This document shows, one piece after another, positions 12,858-26,399 of a stretch of DNA of 64,000 bases (its first letter is position 1; each line of letters starts with the position of its first letter). The DNA is taken from positions 1 through 64,000 of the forward strand of contig MCFE01000400.1 in NCBI GenBank assembly GCA_002104905.1, read 5' to 3'. A program made the position numbers and the translations under genes. The notes under the pieces were generated by a model. The model made no database searches and was not told the origin of the DNA. It saw only the letters and a list, made by a program, of their open reading frames with translations. Source of the stretch: Basidiobolus meristosporus CBS 931.73. Taxonomy: Eukaryota > Fungi > Basidiobolomycota.

Positions 12858-12959
12858 GGTAGAGCAAGTAATATCCTAGGTAATGAGCACAGTACATTTG
12901 TGGCAAAGAAGAACTGAAGTAGCACAATGTCAAAACCAGGAATTAAACTATCTCCCAAG

Positions 12960-14070
12960 CAACAATAGAGGAATAGCATAAAGTGTTTGATGCACTACCA
13001 CAGTGCTTATAGATAATATCCACAAAAAACTTTCACCACATAGGAGGGAGAGACTGAGATACTTACACCAGAGCCTAAAAGCCAAAGCATTACAAAGACT
13101 TGTGAAGTAATTGGGTATAATGATCAAGAATGGGTCAAGATTTCAAAGGCTGATGGAAGTCTAGCATGCCATCACAGAGGGCCAGCTTACCATGGCACCA
13201 TCAGCACCTCAGGCCAGCAGAATGAGAATGATTGATTCTATGAGCTCTCTCATGAGTTCTAAAAAGCAAGCAAGTTTTGAGCCATCTTAAGTTTGCTGCA
13301 AAAGTACTACAAGCATAGCTGAAGCTACCAGAGGCCAAAGTACAAGTATGCCATTGATAAAATTCAGTGGCTTTGGCAAGAGCCCAATACAAGCAGAGCT
13401 AAAACCTCTAAATAAGTGGCAGTGAAACATCATGCAGCTGGAAGAGTGCCAGGAAGGCACAAGCAGGCCAAAATGGATGCTCTAGTGTCATATCTATTAA
13501 GGAAACAGGTAAGTCCATTCAAGAGGCTTTCAGCCAAAGTGGCAGTGAAAGGTCTGGCAGTGAAGAAAAACTGCAACTTACTCAGGATCCTGTCACAAGC
13601 AGGGCTGAAAGCTCAAAGCAAGTGGCAAAGTAACAGCAGGAAGCTGGAAGAGTGCTGGCAAGGGACAAGAACGCAGAGGTATACACATCAGTACAGTATT
13701 AATCAAGGAGAAAATGTATTAGAGTGCAAGAAGATCTCAGTCAAAGTAGTGGTGATAGACCTGGCATTTATAAAGGCAAAGGAGAAGTGAAAAATTTCTA
13801 GCCAAGCTAGAGACAGGGTAGTGCAAGAAACAAGCTGTAGCTCTCACTAACTACAACTGTCAGCCCAGAACATGCTGATTCCATAGTAACCATTAAGAAT
13901 TGTCAACAAGACAATAGCCATTTTCTCTAGAATTGGATGCAATGCCAGTTGAGCTATACTCCAGTGAAGCAGATCAGCTGGCAGAGAAAGGCAATTTGTC
14001 TACCACTGCCATATCACATCAGATCCCTGACCTTTAACAATCTGGCCAAATCTAGGTAGTGAATAAATCA
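12960..14070 (+). pseudogene. Fragment of CACTA-type accessory ORF1
   Basis: Homologous to 21690-22370 and 24650-25810; K/Q/S-rich repeat ORF 13416-13790. Confidence 0.65.
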
Positions 14071-14079
14071 CAATTTCTT

Positions 14080-14540
14080 CCAAAACACTCTACCACATTC
14101 CTGTTACTTCCTAAAGACTCTAAAACAATGTTTATTTATTCCTGTTTATACATTACATAAAGGCTACCTATTTAAGCTTATGTAGGTTCATGCTAAATAT
14201 GGTAAAGACATGTTGCAAGACTTAATTGCATGATCAGCTGACACCATGTGTATCCACATTGGGTACTCTAGTCTAATTTTTATTGCATCACTATCTTTGC
14301 TTGCATACTGTGTCTCATCCCAGAACCCCATCAGCATTAGCCAATATCTCTTGGCATCAATATTGCAACACAGTATTTGTAGTCCTATAACCATTAAATA
14401 TTCCTTGGTCCAACAAATACAGGTCTTGAATAAGCAGCCTTATTTTGGATTGCATTCTGCTTTGCTGAACCACACCTAAGTCCTTTCCTTGCCATACCTG
14501 GCCTAGCTCCACTCTCTTGCCTGGTGTCTATTCATAATGA
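14080..14540 (+). repeat. Decayed LTR related to the solo LTR at 22373-22891
   Basis: AACCCCATCAGCATTAGCCAATATCTCTTGGCATC...CACACCTAAGTCC...GTGTCTATTCATAA matches 22680-22890. Confidence 0.7.
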
Positions 14541-14559
14541 CCACAGCTTCCCCAGCCTC

Positions 14560-15330
14560 CACATCCTCCTTTGTAGACTGAGTTTAAGATTCCACTGATA
14601 GACTAAGCAGCAGCATCAGGAAAACACAGGACTATTACACTGCCTACAGTCAAATTTTGGGGCAATAACAGGCACAGCCAATGGTTGGAGCTCTTCTTCA
14701 GGTGCAGTGCTCAAAAAAACACACTTGAATATTACAAGGATTTGTTGTAAAGACTGGCAGCTGTTGAGCTGGATGTTGCATTGCTAGCTGGAGGCTGGAT
14801 TCACGGAAATCAATGCATGAACAAAACCACAAAGCTGCAAAATTCCTGCTGAAATTATGGAAAAAGGGTATTATAATAGAAGAGCACATATAATGAAGGA
14901 TTTCAGTGGAGTCACTTGTTGAGTGGGTGATTGAGCTCATTGTTAGGGTTGTGCATAGGGACTTGTATAGGTTGAGTTTTTTTAATGGTTATTGCATGGT
15001 GTCCTTATGACACCAATACCACTAAGTCAGAGGATTAAAACTCATTTTGGGACAATCACAGTTACCTTTCATAAGGTTCTTGTCTCCAAACTATCTCCTG
15101 ATTTCTCTGGATTGTTGCATCTATACTATTATCCACTTTATTTAATTGTCTCTTTAATGCTTTGGTAGGAGCAACAGCATACCTACTAATACTGGTAGTG
15201 GTTATGTTACAATGATCATTTGCTGGTTTTCTACTGTAGGTACTGCATTTGCTTTATTCCTGTCTGCCTGAGCATTATGGTCAGCTTACAACTCCACAGA
15301 GATTTTCAATCACCTACTGAAGTAAGAGCC
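14560..15330 (-). repeat. Fragment of the left region of the CACTA-type family
   Basis: 14690-14790 matches 23990-24090 and the reverse complement of 26380-26460. Confidence 0.55.
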
Positions 15331-15339
15331 TGAAGTCTC

Positions 15340-18300
15340 TGTTGTCAGAGTCTTAGATATATTGCAAGTGTTTGGGAGAATATGTAAATTATTTGGCTCT
15401 ACTTAACCATTTATTGAAAGTTAAAATAGTATCTGTACTTTTACATGGTTCTGGCAAAGCAAAAAAAAAAGAATAGATTTAGGAAGATCCCAAGTGCATG
15501 AATGCCAAGCTTGGGACTGTTTGGACAACTTTGAGAACTTTTATGTTCTGGGAATGTGATATTTTGGTAAAAATAGTCCAAGATATTGCCAACAAGGATT
15601 TTGACAGAATACTCCAATACTTATAGACTATAATTCAAGTGACCTAGCTGCCTCTTTAAAAGCCTTGCAGGCTGCCATTTATTCTGCCTCTGTGGTGGTA
15701 GGTGCTACAGCTGGTTGCTTTCTTGAATTCCATGATATTGCTCCTGTGCTGGTAAAGAAATGTTAATCTTGTAATAGATCTTCTGACATGTAAGTTTCAT
15801 CCCAATCAGCATCAGATTATCCTACAAGGCCTTGTTCTGAATCCTCAAGGGTCTAGTTTGAGCAATTATCAGCAGTACTTTTTAGGTATCTAATAATCTG
15901 CTCAATTGCTGCAATATGATCAGATTCATAATTCTGATTGTGCCGGCTGACAACTCACAATGAATATGAGATATCTGGACATGGTCCAAGCATGACATAC
16001 TTCCAATTGCTAACCATAGAATGATACGGAAGGGTAGGTCTTTCAGATTGCACCAGGCTCACTTGAACTGGTGGAGTTTTGACCAAGTTAACATTTGTCT
16101 CCATTGGGGTAGCTGCCAGGTTAGTGTCTTTTGCCTGATACTTCCTTAGCATATCTTAAATATGTTTGGATTGTATTAAGGTGGTAGTCTGGGTACTTCT
16201 GTCTATGGAGAACTTTATCCCCAAGTGGCAACTAGGTATTCCTTGATTGGACATCTTGAACTGAACAGATATGCTGAATTTAGTCTCTTCCAATGTTTCA
16301 CAGTTATTGGTAGCTATAATCAGATTATCCACATAAAGAGCTAATAAGACAGGACTTGCTCTATGTGGCTTAAAATACATACCTTGGTCAGCAGTACTCC
16401 TTTTGAAACTAAAGGATTCCAAATACGAATTTATCCTGCAATTCTAGGCACTTGGTGAATGAGCAAGTTCATATGGAGACTTTTTGTGCATGCAGACAAA
16501 GTAGGGGCTACCTTAGTCAATAAGCACATCAGAATGATCCACTTTTATGTCCTCATCAGGTTATTCATTCAAAAATGCAGTTTCTACATCAATTTGATGT
16601 ATAAAAAAGCCTATATTTGGCAGCAATAGCCAATATTAATCTGATGGAATTAAACTTGGCTACTTGTGCAATGGTCCCAGGATAGTCAAGTCCTTTTGTT
16701 TGAGATTATCCTTTGGCCATAAATCTTGCTATGTACTTTTCAATATTGTACAATCAGCCTTATATTTTGCCTGGAAGACCATCAGTGTCTAACTAATTTT
16801 GGTTGATAGGTTATTTGACTAAGTCCCAAGTTTGTTTTTCCATCAGGGCTATACTCCTCAGTCATTGCAGATCTCTCAAACCTTACCTGATGGCTATCTA
16901 TGGCCTCTTTTATAGTCTAGGGCTCATCCATGTGGACTGAATAGGTCAAGGCTAAATTTGTACCCTCATTGAAATAGTTGTTTGGGCTATTTTGGATCTG
17001 GTAGGATCTCCTGGCTTTTGATACTGCAATGATCACTTCTGTGATATTCCTGGACACTGATTTGGGCTGAAATACAGCTTAGAGTCTTCAGGAGTAAAAA
17101 AACTTTCATTTGTTTGCTCTGATTCAATTATGCGTGCTGGTGGACTTGAACTCAAATTTTTGTCATTATCTGAAGCCTTTTTTAGGCCTAATCTTGAGTT
17201 TTCATCAAACATTGCATCCCAGGACTTGATCAGCTTCATTGCTTTAGTATTGTAGCATTTGCAAGCTTTATTCCTATTGCAGTAGCCCAAAAATATGTTT
17301 TTACACTCTTTGGCACAAATTTGACTGATATCCAGGCAGTTTCTGGGCATGGGCAGCACAACCAGGTATTTATAGATGCTCTGCACTTGGTGTAATCCAT
17401 ACCATGTCTCAATAAAGTAGAGCCACAGAGTATTCTACTATAACTCCTACTACTAGGGTATGCAGCTGTGGCAACTGATTCCACCTAAAATTATAGGATG
17501 ACTTTTGATCATGGATCATAAATCTGGTCATATCAGTCATTGATCTGTTTGCATGTGCTGCTACTCCATTTTGCTATGGAACTTATGATATAGTAGTATC
17601 CTGCTCTATCCAATAAATCTTGCATAAGTGGATGAAGAGCTTTGAGGTATATTCTGCACCACTGTCAGAGTGTATTTTCTTGATTTTTTCTCCAATTTCT
17701 CTCTCTAACATCCCTTTAAGCTCCCTGGACTTAGACAGAGCTTCTTTCTTTCTTTCCATGATGTAGACCTACCGGTATCTTGTATGTTCATCAAAAGGCC
17801 TGATTAAATACTTGGTCCAGCCTAAGAAAAATTTTTCATAGGTCACACAGATCTGAGCAAGTAAAATTTAAATTTTTTGTTTTGACTTACCAAGAGCTCT
17901 TGGGCAGTTGTCTGGACTGTTCCCCATAGATGCCAGTGTTGCAGTGCTTCAAATTAGCTGGGGGATCAATTTTTACCCAGTGAATTGTTGTGTTGTATTA
18001 TGATTAGTTTGGGGCTTGTTCTACAATGTAGAGGCTAATCAACAATTTACAACAACTTTAAGTATGCTAATGCTGAAATAGCTTATTGGGAGTTTGATAT
18101 ACCAATAGAAGATATAACTTTCACTAGTATCCTCAATCTTAGGCTCAAAATATACTATAGGCAGTGATTCTCACTTCTATGGCAGTGTTCTGATCTTCTG
18201 CTGACTATAAGGCTTATTTACTATTATGGTAACTTTTCCTTATTTGGAAATCACTTTCCTTTCTGTGAAGATATCTCCTAACATGGAAACTCTGAACTCT

Positions 18301-18850
18301 CCTTTAACCTAAAGGGGTGTGTTGTAGAAGTCTTGAAAGGGGTCTTTAGACCTAAAGGGGTGTTTTTAGAGCAAAGGGGCATCTTGTAGTGGTTTCTAAA
18401 GTGAGCTTAACACTAAAAGGGTGCCTAAAGAGGCTTCTTTGGAGTATTGGGGTTTCTTAAAGGGGTCTTGAAAGGGGTCTTTAGACTAAAGGGGTGTCTT
18501 TATAGTAAAGGGGCTTCTTAGAGGGGACTTTTCCAACAGAAAAGTGGTAGTTTCTTGTAGAACTTAGATTGGATTCTTGTGAGCTTTGCAGTCTCTTTAC
18601 TGATGTAGTACCAATCAAAGTCAGAATACTCAACAGTGCAAGTGATGCAGGGGAAGTCTTACAACCTTTAAACTTGTAATCATAGTGTGGAGATTCTGCA
18701 AAGAGAGGCTCTCCTTTATTTTTCAGCTGGGAAGTCATATATATGGAATTTCTGAAGGATCAGAGTTTTTGGGCAATTGTGCAAGCAATACACGTGACAC
18801 AAAGCTAAAATCTTGCAATTGCTCAGATTGGACATAGGTGCACCACCTGT
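15340..18850 (-). mobile_element. Degenerate Ty1/copia retrotransposon (integrase-RT-RNase H order, partial 3' LTR ~15340-15640)
   Basis: Minus strand: integrase KIHSDSGAEY...P*QNGVA (~17560-17700), RT LLALYVDNLII (~16320), RNase H GAISWNSRKQPAVAPTTTEAE*MAA (~15660-15750). The LTR part matches 23301-23649. The left (3') end is firm; the 5' limit is uncertain. Confidence 0.85.
18300..18530. repeat. Degenerate short tandem repeats (AAAGGGGTCTT/CTAAAGGGGTG-like) in the copia 5' region
   Basis: Repeated AAAGGGG motifs are visible directly in the sequence. Confidence 0.55.
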
Positions 18851-21800
18851 TAAAATTTACGTGATTTGATTGGCTGGTTCAAAAGCCAAATGCAATCAAA
18901 GTCACCATAGTAATCCTAACAATAGTGGCCTAGTATTTATAATAATTGGACTCTTGGTCATTACTACTGCTTCAAAAGAGCTGTAAATTGAAGCTTGTGT
19001 TTGCTACTGCGTGTTCTGTATGATATAATATTCTTGGGTGGATTGCCTGCCAGGGTCTGGAGTATTTGTTCTTCAAAGTTGGAATTTCTTTATCTTTCAC
19101 TTGTGTGTTACAATAGCAAAAAGCAAAATAAGGAAATGAGTTCAATATTGGTTTTGAGATATTGTAGTAATGGAATACTTTCCATTACCACATATCCAGT
19201 TCATCCAGTCTTTGCATTTGTATTGTTGCCTATGCATATGAATATTAATTGAAGCCTGTAAGAAGTACTTAGAGTAGCAAATACTCTATGCCAATTTGTT
19301 CAAATTTCTCCAGTATCTCAAAGGGCTCATTCAGCTTGAAATGCCCTATGTACAACTTGGTCATCAGTAAAGGGATATTGTTGAAAAGCATATACATTGC
19401 TCCCAGTGGAAAGCTTTTGCTCCAACAGATACCCTCTATCTTAAGTATCTCTGATCTCCAATTGATTCCATATTCTGGCCAATGGCTTATAGCATGCAAC
19501 CTTTGCTGCAATTGCATGCTGACATCTGTACATTTGCTCTGTGGAAAGATGTTGTTCTTATGCTGGTGTTTGTGTAATAATAATATGCTTGAGTTATGGA
19601 GTAAATCCCCTGGATCTCACACATTCAATAGCAATACTATCCATTGTGCCTGGGATAACCTGCTATTATGCAGATGGCTGGGGTATCTCCAATGCGGATA
19701 ACAATAAGCACTTTTACATGACAACCATTTACTGTTATCCTGCTGGAAAGCATACAAAATTCATGCAGCAATGGATACAGGTAGCTATCCAGGTTGGACG
19801 GTAATATAGGCCCAGATACCAGTGAGACTAGCATCAGATTATTGCTATGATACTGCAAGATGGGCAGCAGATTCAGATTGATAAGTACCAGTGGCCAGTA
19901 AGATTTGCTAATAGAGTACTTGTTTAATGAGAAGCTATCATGTGCTTAAGCAAAGGCATGGTCATACATACCTTTGAAGTAACCCTTGCTTCTGTAGCTG
20001 TTTGTAATATTTGCCATCAAATATATTGAATATGTTTGTGCTTGAGTCATACTGAGTGCAGTGCTGTATAGCTTTGCAATCATTTATTGGACTGTATTAG
20101 CTTCCTCAGATGGGGTATGACTGGAATATATCCAGAGTGTGAACAATGATTTCCTTCAATAGTGGTGGATTCCCAATAATTTGGAAATGTTGCAATGGTA
20201 GTATTTTTGGATGTGAATGCCATGCAACTGTTAACACATGCAGGAATCAGGACAGTCTCTGGATCATATGTTGCCAGTGCATGATGATTGTCCACCTGTA
20301 CCATGTACATGGTAAGTTGCATCCTGGTATGATTTTGGCAAGATGTAGTATTAAATCCTCAAAGCCCCTATTACTAATATTAGTGGATCTGCCCCACTTC
20401 TCTAGCCACAACATTACCTCATTCACCAATAGATGGATCACTGGGCTCACTTGGCTCTAAGAAGTATTCTTAGCATTTGTTTTGGCGGGTGTTGTCTCAA
20501 TGCATATTGGGACTTGACTGGGCTCATACATGGTACTGTTGTTAGGGGAGATAGGCTCAAAATCCATCAGTGAACCTTCTTTGTCAGAGCTATCACTCTG
20601 TGTGCCATATTCAGAAGGCTGAGGTGAGCCTAAAGGTGTCACAAACTCACCTGACTCAGTTTGCTACAAGATGACACAGTACAGCCAGGTTGCAATATGA
20701 AGTATCAACTGGCCAGCAAGATAATGCTGGTACAGTAGTGACAAATGAATGGTCAAATATGACTTGGGTGGCAATACAGTCAGCTGTGATCCTTATAATA
20801 CTTCCTATGCTGTCTGCGTGCTTCATGGCTGAGAGGCTTGCCACAATTGCCACATGGTGTTTTTTCTCTTCTTTTGCAATATTGAGTCAAAGTAGTCTTC
20901 TCTATGGGGCAAACAGTTTGACCTTCAACAACGTAATGCTATTGTATCACTTTATGGATCAATACTCATGTGAACCTAAGACAGTCTTATATTTGAGACA
21001 TTGCACCTACATAAATGTAAGATTCAATGATGACCCACCATAGTAAGCATTGTAAATAAAGTTGTGGCACCACATACACATCCATATGTAACACTATTTC
21101 CCCTTTGGTTTGACTCACTTCCATATATATGCTGCCAAAAAAAAGCAAAGCCATCTGGTTCCCATCCAAACCCCCTGCTAACAGCCACAGAAGAACAGTT
21201 GGACAACAGCTTGCTTTGGCATTCAGTGCAACAAGCAGTGGGATACATCCTACAAAAGGCCCTGTACACAGTGTGCCATTGAAGATGATAATGCAGACTC
21301 CTCAGGCTCTCAGTCAAGTGAGCAATTGAGAACCTCTGTGGAGCCACAAGCTTACCATTATGCTTAGGTAGATGAGAATGTAGCAAATGCAGTACCCACA
21401 GCTGAAGACCAGCAAGTGGCCATGATAACATTGCCACCATCCATATTAGTAAGTATGTTGGCAGCTCATACCAAAGCATTAATAGAGCAATTAGGTGCAG
21501 TGACTGATAGGATAGATGCAATGGCCCAGAGAAATCAGAAAATAGTCCAGAAACAGGATGAGCAGATAATATGTGTAGTGCAATCAATATCTCCAGTAGA
21601 GAAGGCAGTATCTTTGCATGCAAAGAAGGAACTCAAGTAGCTCAATGTCACAGCTAAGAATTGAGCCATTTCCCAATGTAACAGCAGAGGAACATCATAC
21701 AGTCTTTGAAGCACAACAACAGTGCCCAAAGATAAAGCCCACAGAAAAACTATCACAGAGGGAAGGGAGATAATGTGGTGTCTATACCAAAGCCTAAAAA

Positions 21801-22372
21801 TCAAAAGACATTGAAGATCTGTGAAGCTGCTGAGAGCAATAAGAAGAGTGGGCTAATATATCAGAGGTATCAGAAGTCTGGCATGCCATCACCTTAAGGC
21901 TGGCATACCATGGGACCATCAGGAACTCCAGGCCAAGCAGAATGCACATGACTTGTTCCATGAGCATTATCCTGGATTCAAATGGGCAAATGAATTTTGG
22001 GCCAGCATTGGTATGTTAAGAAAGTATCTTAGGTATAGCAGAAGCTATCAAAAGCAGAAGAACAAGGGCATCATGGCTGAAAATCTGCAGCTTCCTCAAG
22101 AGCCGGTTACAAGCAGGGCCAAAAGCTCCAGACAAGAGTCAAAGAGATGTCAGGCAGCTGGAGGAGTGCCAATTAGGAAGAAGCAGGCAGACACAGATGC
22201 ACCAGTACAACATTTATCAAGGAAAAAGTGTAGTACCACTCAAGAAGCACGCAGTCAAAGTAGTAGTGAAGGACCTGGCAGTAATAAAACCAGCAGCTTT
22301 TACCGGAGCCCTTCACAGTTATGGATGAGAGCTCAAAACAAGCGGAAAAGAAACGTCAGGCTGCCAGGATAG

Positions 22373-22891
22373 TGTCATGATCACATGACAACCATGAACA
22401 CCCATGCCAAGTTTCAGCTTCCTAGCTCAATTTCTAAGAGATTCCTTCTGGAACCTTCTACCACCTTCCAGAAAGTTCTTGACCATCCAAACCATTGTTA
22501 CACAATGGAACATTCCATGGAAGCTTTCCAGTGTATTTTTATAGTCCAGTACCATATATGGAAATACCAGGTCACATGACTTAGTCACATGATCAGGTGA
22601 CCCAATCCATTTCCCCATCCTGTCTCAGTGCCGTGTCATCTATGTCATTATCCCCAGCACCATTGCTGTGCCTCACCCCACAACCCCATTAGTATTAGCT
22701 AATATCTCTTGGCATCAGTATAACCAAAAAGTATATATAGTCCTATCCCCCCTTAAGTATTCCTCAGTCTGATAAACACAGGTCTTGAATAAATAGCCTT
22801 GCCTTGAATCCTGCCTTGCCTTGATGGTCCACACCTAAGTCCTTCCCTGCCATGCCTAGCTTTTCCTCCTGCCTTGTGTCTATTCATAACA
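22373..22891 (+). mobile_element. Solo LTR (519 bp) with 5-bp TSD GATAG
   Basis: TGTCATGA...TCATAACA termini. GATAG at 22368-22372 and 22892-22896. The interrupted ORF1 sequence resumes on the other side. Orientation is not certain. Confidence 0.88.
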
Positions 22892-23096
22892 GATAGTGCC
22901 AGCAAGGGACAAGCAGGCCATAACAAATGTGTTAGAGCAAAATGTATCCAGGAGAAAATGTAGTTCTTCACAAGAAGTGCTCAGAAAAAGTAGCAGTGAA
23001 AGACCTGGTAGTGATAAAGGAAAAGGTAAAGGGGAAAATGTCTACTCAAGCCTGAGACAGGGAGTCATGCAAAAAAAATTGCAGTTCTTGCCAATT

Positions 23097-23689
23097 GACT
23101 TGTTTGATTGTGCCATTGATCATAGTGCCAGAGAGTGCCGTATATTTTGCTATTAATTTGATATTTTAGGGCCATATGCATGTCAATTTTGATCCCAAAT
23201 AGTCACTGTATGGCACCATCTGGCACTCAGTGGCAAGATCAGACACCATCTGGCACTCTGTGGCAAGATCAGGCACCATCTGGCATGCTATGGCACTATT
23301 TGTTGTAAAAACTTGTAATTCCACCTAAATATTTACCTAACTTAGTCACTTAGATCATTACCCTCAAATCCTAGAGAATACTGACCAAATTCCTTGTTGG
23401 GATTTACTTAGAATATTTTCACCAAAATACCAGGTACCCAGAACATGAAAATTCTCAAAGTTGTCTAAACAGCCCCAAACTTTGCAAACATGTTCTTGGG
23501 ACCTTCCATAATCAATTCTACGTGTTTGTAATGCCAAGACCAGGTAAAAGTATAAATACTACTTTTACATTCAATAAATCATTAAGTGAAAACCACATAA
23601 TCTACTTGTTCTCCCAATCACTTCCAGTATCTCCAAGACTCTTACAACACTATTTGGCACTATGATCAGCTGGAATGATGGAACAAGTC
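23097..23689. mobile_element. MITE (~240 bp without its insert) of the GACTTG-TIR family, with 30-bp subterminal tandem repeats
   Basis: GACTTG at 23097 and GGAACAAGTC|TA at 23689. GGCACCATCTGGCACTC(A/T)GTGGCAAGATCA repeats at 23211-23285. The CACTA host sequence resumes after it. Confidence 0.72.
23301..23649 (+). mobile_element. Copia solo LTR (349 bp) with 5-bp TSD CTATT
   Basis: TGTTGTAA...TTACAACA termini. CTATT at 23296-23300 and 23650-23654. Homologous to the copia LTR parts at 1-132 and 15340-15640. Confidence 0.88.
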
Positions 23690-24649
23690 TAATCAACACT
23701 GCAAGCCCAGAACTTACTGAATTCCATCATAGCCAAGAAGAATTAACAATAAGAAAACAGCAGTGTTAACATGAGTTGGATGCACAGTCAGGTGAGCTAC
23801 ACTCCAGCAAGGTAGATGAGTTTGCTGAAAAAGGCAATTTGTCTACCACAGCCTCCCTATCCTCCACAGTTGACAGAGTGGAGATCCCACTGTGAGAGAA
23901 GGCTACAACATCAAGAGCTCAAAAGACTATCACAATGCCTTCAGTGGAATTTTGGAACATCAATAGGCACACCAAGAGGTTGCAGCACTTCTTCATGAGC
24001 AGTCCTCAAGAAAACACACTTATATTTTGCAAGGATTTATTACAAAAACTGGCAGACAAGGTGATAGACCTTGCAGTGCCAGCTGAAGACCAGGACATGT
24101 GGGAACTAGTGAATGTACAGTGGCATAAAGCCATTGGGTTCCCACCAAAGTTGTGGAACCAGCATGTTACAGCAGAGATACTTATTGAGCGGTGGATCTT
24201 AATGGAGTTACTTGTTGAGTGTAGGGTTGTCTTAAGGATAGTATAGGGTACAGGGACTTGTATAGGTCAATACAATTGGCAATTGAGGTACAACTGAAGT
24301 TCCAACGGAAATAAATCATTTTGTAAACATGAAAATCAAGAGAAACAGTAGAGTCGGGAAGTAGGAGTGTATAAAGAAAGGGAATAGCCAATCAAAGCAT
24401 GCAAATGTAGTAGGTAATTGAGTGTCCAGGATCAGAAAGTAAGCGAGTTGGCAGGGAACCAATCAAGTGCAACTTATACATTGTTGTGATGAAAATTTTG
24501 AATAAGTTTTTTGATAAATCTGTGGTGCAATTATTTCCCAACTGTCCCTGGATGGTGTCCTGGTGGGATCAGTACCTCTTAGTTTCAGGACTTTAAGTTT
24601 GTGATGGCCTTTTAGCAGGATCTTCTCAATAATTTTTCTTAGGGAATAT

Positions 24650-25810
24650 AACAGCAGAGGAACACCATAGAGTCTTTGAAGAACAACAACAGCACCTAAA
24701 GATAAAGCGCTCAGAAAAATGTATCACAGCATGGGAGGGAGAGACTTGTGTTTTTATACCCAAGCCTAAAAATCAAATGATGTTGAAGATCTATGAAGCC
24801 ATTGAGTGCAAAAATGAAGTGTGGGCTAATATCCAAGATCTGTTGGATGTCTAGCATGGCATCATCTTAAGGACAGCATACCATGGGCCATCAGGAACTC
24901 AAGGCCAAGCAGAATGTGCTTCACCTATTCCATGGGCAATATCCTGGATTCAGGCAAGCAAACAACTTTTGGGCCAGCATTGGAATGCTAAGAGAGTATC
25001 TCAAGATTAGCAGAAACTATCAAAGGCAGAAGAACAAGCAAGCCATGGCTAAAAACCAGCAGCTTCCTCAAGAGCTTATCATAAGCAAGGCTAAAAGCTC
25101 CAAGCATGTGGCAAAGAAATGTTGGGTGGCCATAAGAGTATCAGCAAGGGACAGGCAGGCAGAAGTAGATGTAACAGTGCAGTATGTATCAAGGATAAAA
25201 TATATATCAATACAAGTAGCACTTGGTCACAGTATCAGTGAAGAACTTGACAGTTATAATAAATATGGCTTTCTCAGGAACCTGTCACAAGCAAGGCTGG
25301 AAGCTCTGAACAAGCAGGAAAGAAATGTCAGGTTCTTGGGAGAGTGCTGGCAAGGGACAAGCAGGCAAAAACAAATGCAGCATTCATCAAGGAGAAAGCA
25401 AAGTACAATACAAGAAGCACTTGATCACAGTAGCAGTGAAGAACTTAACAGTGATAAAAACCTGTGGCTTTCTCAGGAGCCTGTTGCAAACTGGGCTGAT
25501 AGTCTCAAGCAAGTGGCTAAGAAATGTCAGGTTACCAGGAGAGTGCTGGCAAGGGATAACCAGGCAAAAATGAATGCACCAGTGCAGCATTGATTATGGA
25601 GAAAACAGAGTACCACACAAGAGCACTCAGTCAAATTAGCAGTGAAAGACTTGGCAGTGATAAAGGTTAAGGTAAAGAGAGAAAGGTCTACCAAAGCCAG
25701 AGGGAGGAAAACATCAGAAAAAGGCAGCAGTTCTCACCAATTAACACTATCAGCCCAGAGCAGGCTGAATCCCAGCATAGCTAAGAAAAATTACCAACTA
25801 GACAACAGCT
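24650..25810 (+). pseudogene. Fragment of CACTA-type accessory ORF1 with internal repeats
   Basis: ORF 24883-25593 (MGHQELKAKQNVLHLFHGQYPGF...WASIGMLREYL) matches 21953-22372. Confidence 0.7.
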
Positions 25811-26399
25811 GTTTTCTCAACCTATGAAAAATTATTGAGATGATCCCATCAAAACGCTGTCACAGAGTTAAAGTCCTGTGACTAAGAGGTACTAATACCA
25901 TCAGGACACTGTCCAGAGACCATTGAAAAATAATTGCACCCCAGATCTCACAAAAAACGTAGTTAAAATTCTTCATCACAATAATGTATAGGTGGCTTCT
26001 GATTGGTTCCTGGCCAATTTGCTCACTTTCTGATCCTGGACACTCTATTACCTCCTACATTTGTGTACATTGGATTGGCTATTGCCTCTTTTTCACACTA
26101 TTTACTTCCTAACTCAACATTTTCTGTTACTTTTCTTGTGTACAAATTGATTTATTTCTGTTAAAACCTTAGTTTTACCTCAATTGCCAATTGTATTGGC
26201 CTATGCAATCCCAATATCCTACACTAACCTTAAGCCCAACCCCACACTCAATAAGTATTTCTGCTGTAGAGCTCTGATTCCACAACTTTGGCAGGAACCC
26301 AATGACTTTATACCACTGTTCTTTTCATTGGTTCCCAAATCTCCTAGTCTTCAGCCAGCACTGCAAGGTCTAGCACCTCATCTGCCAGTCTTTGCAATA

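Larger units (their letters stand above)
18960..24644 (-). mobile_element. CACTA-type copy II (reverse orientation, 3'-truncated) carrying a solo LTR and a MITE with a nested LTR
   Basis: Transposase relic on the minus strand (SGPILPSNLDSYLYPLLHE...IGDTPA...HNG, Transposase_21-like) and ORF1 on the plus strand from 21129. The terminus CCCTAAGAAAAATTATT ends at 24644. Confidence 0.8.
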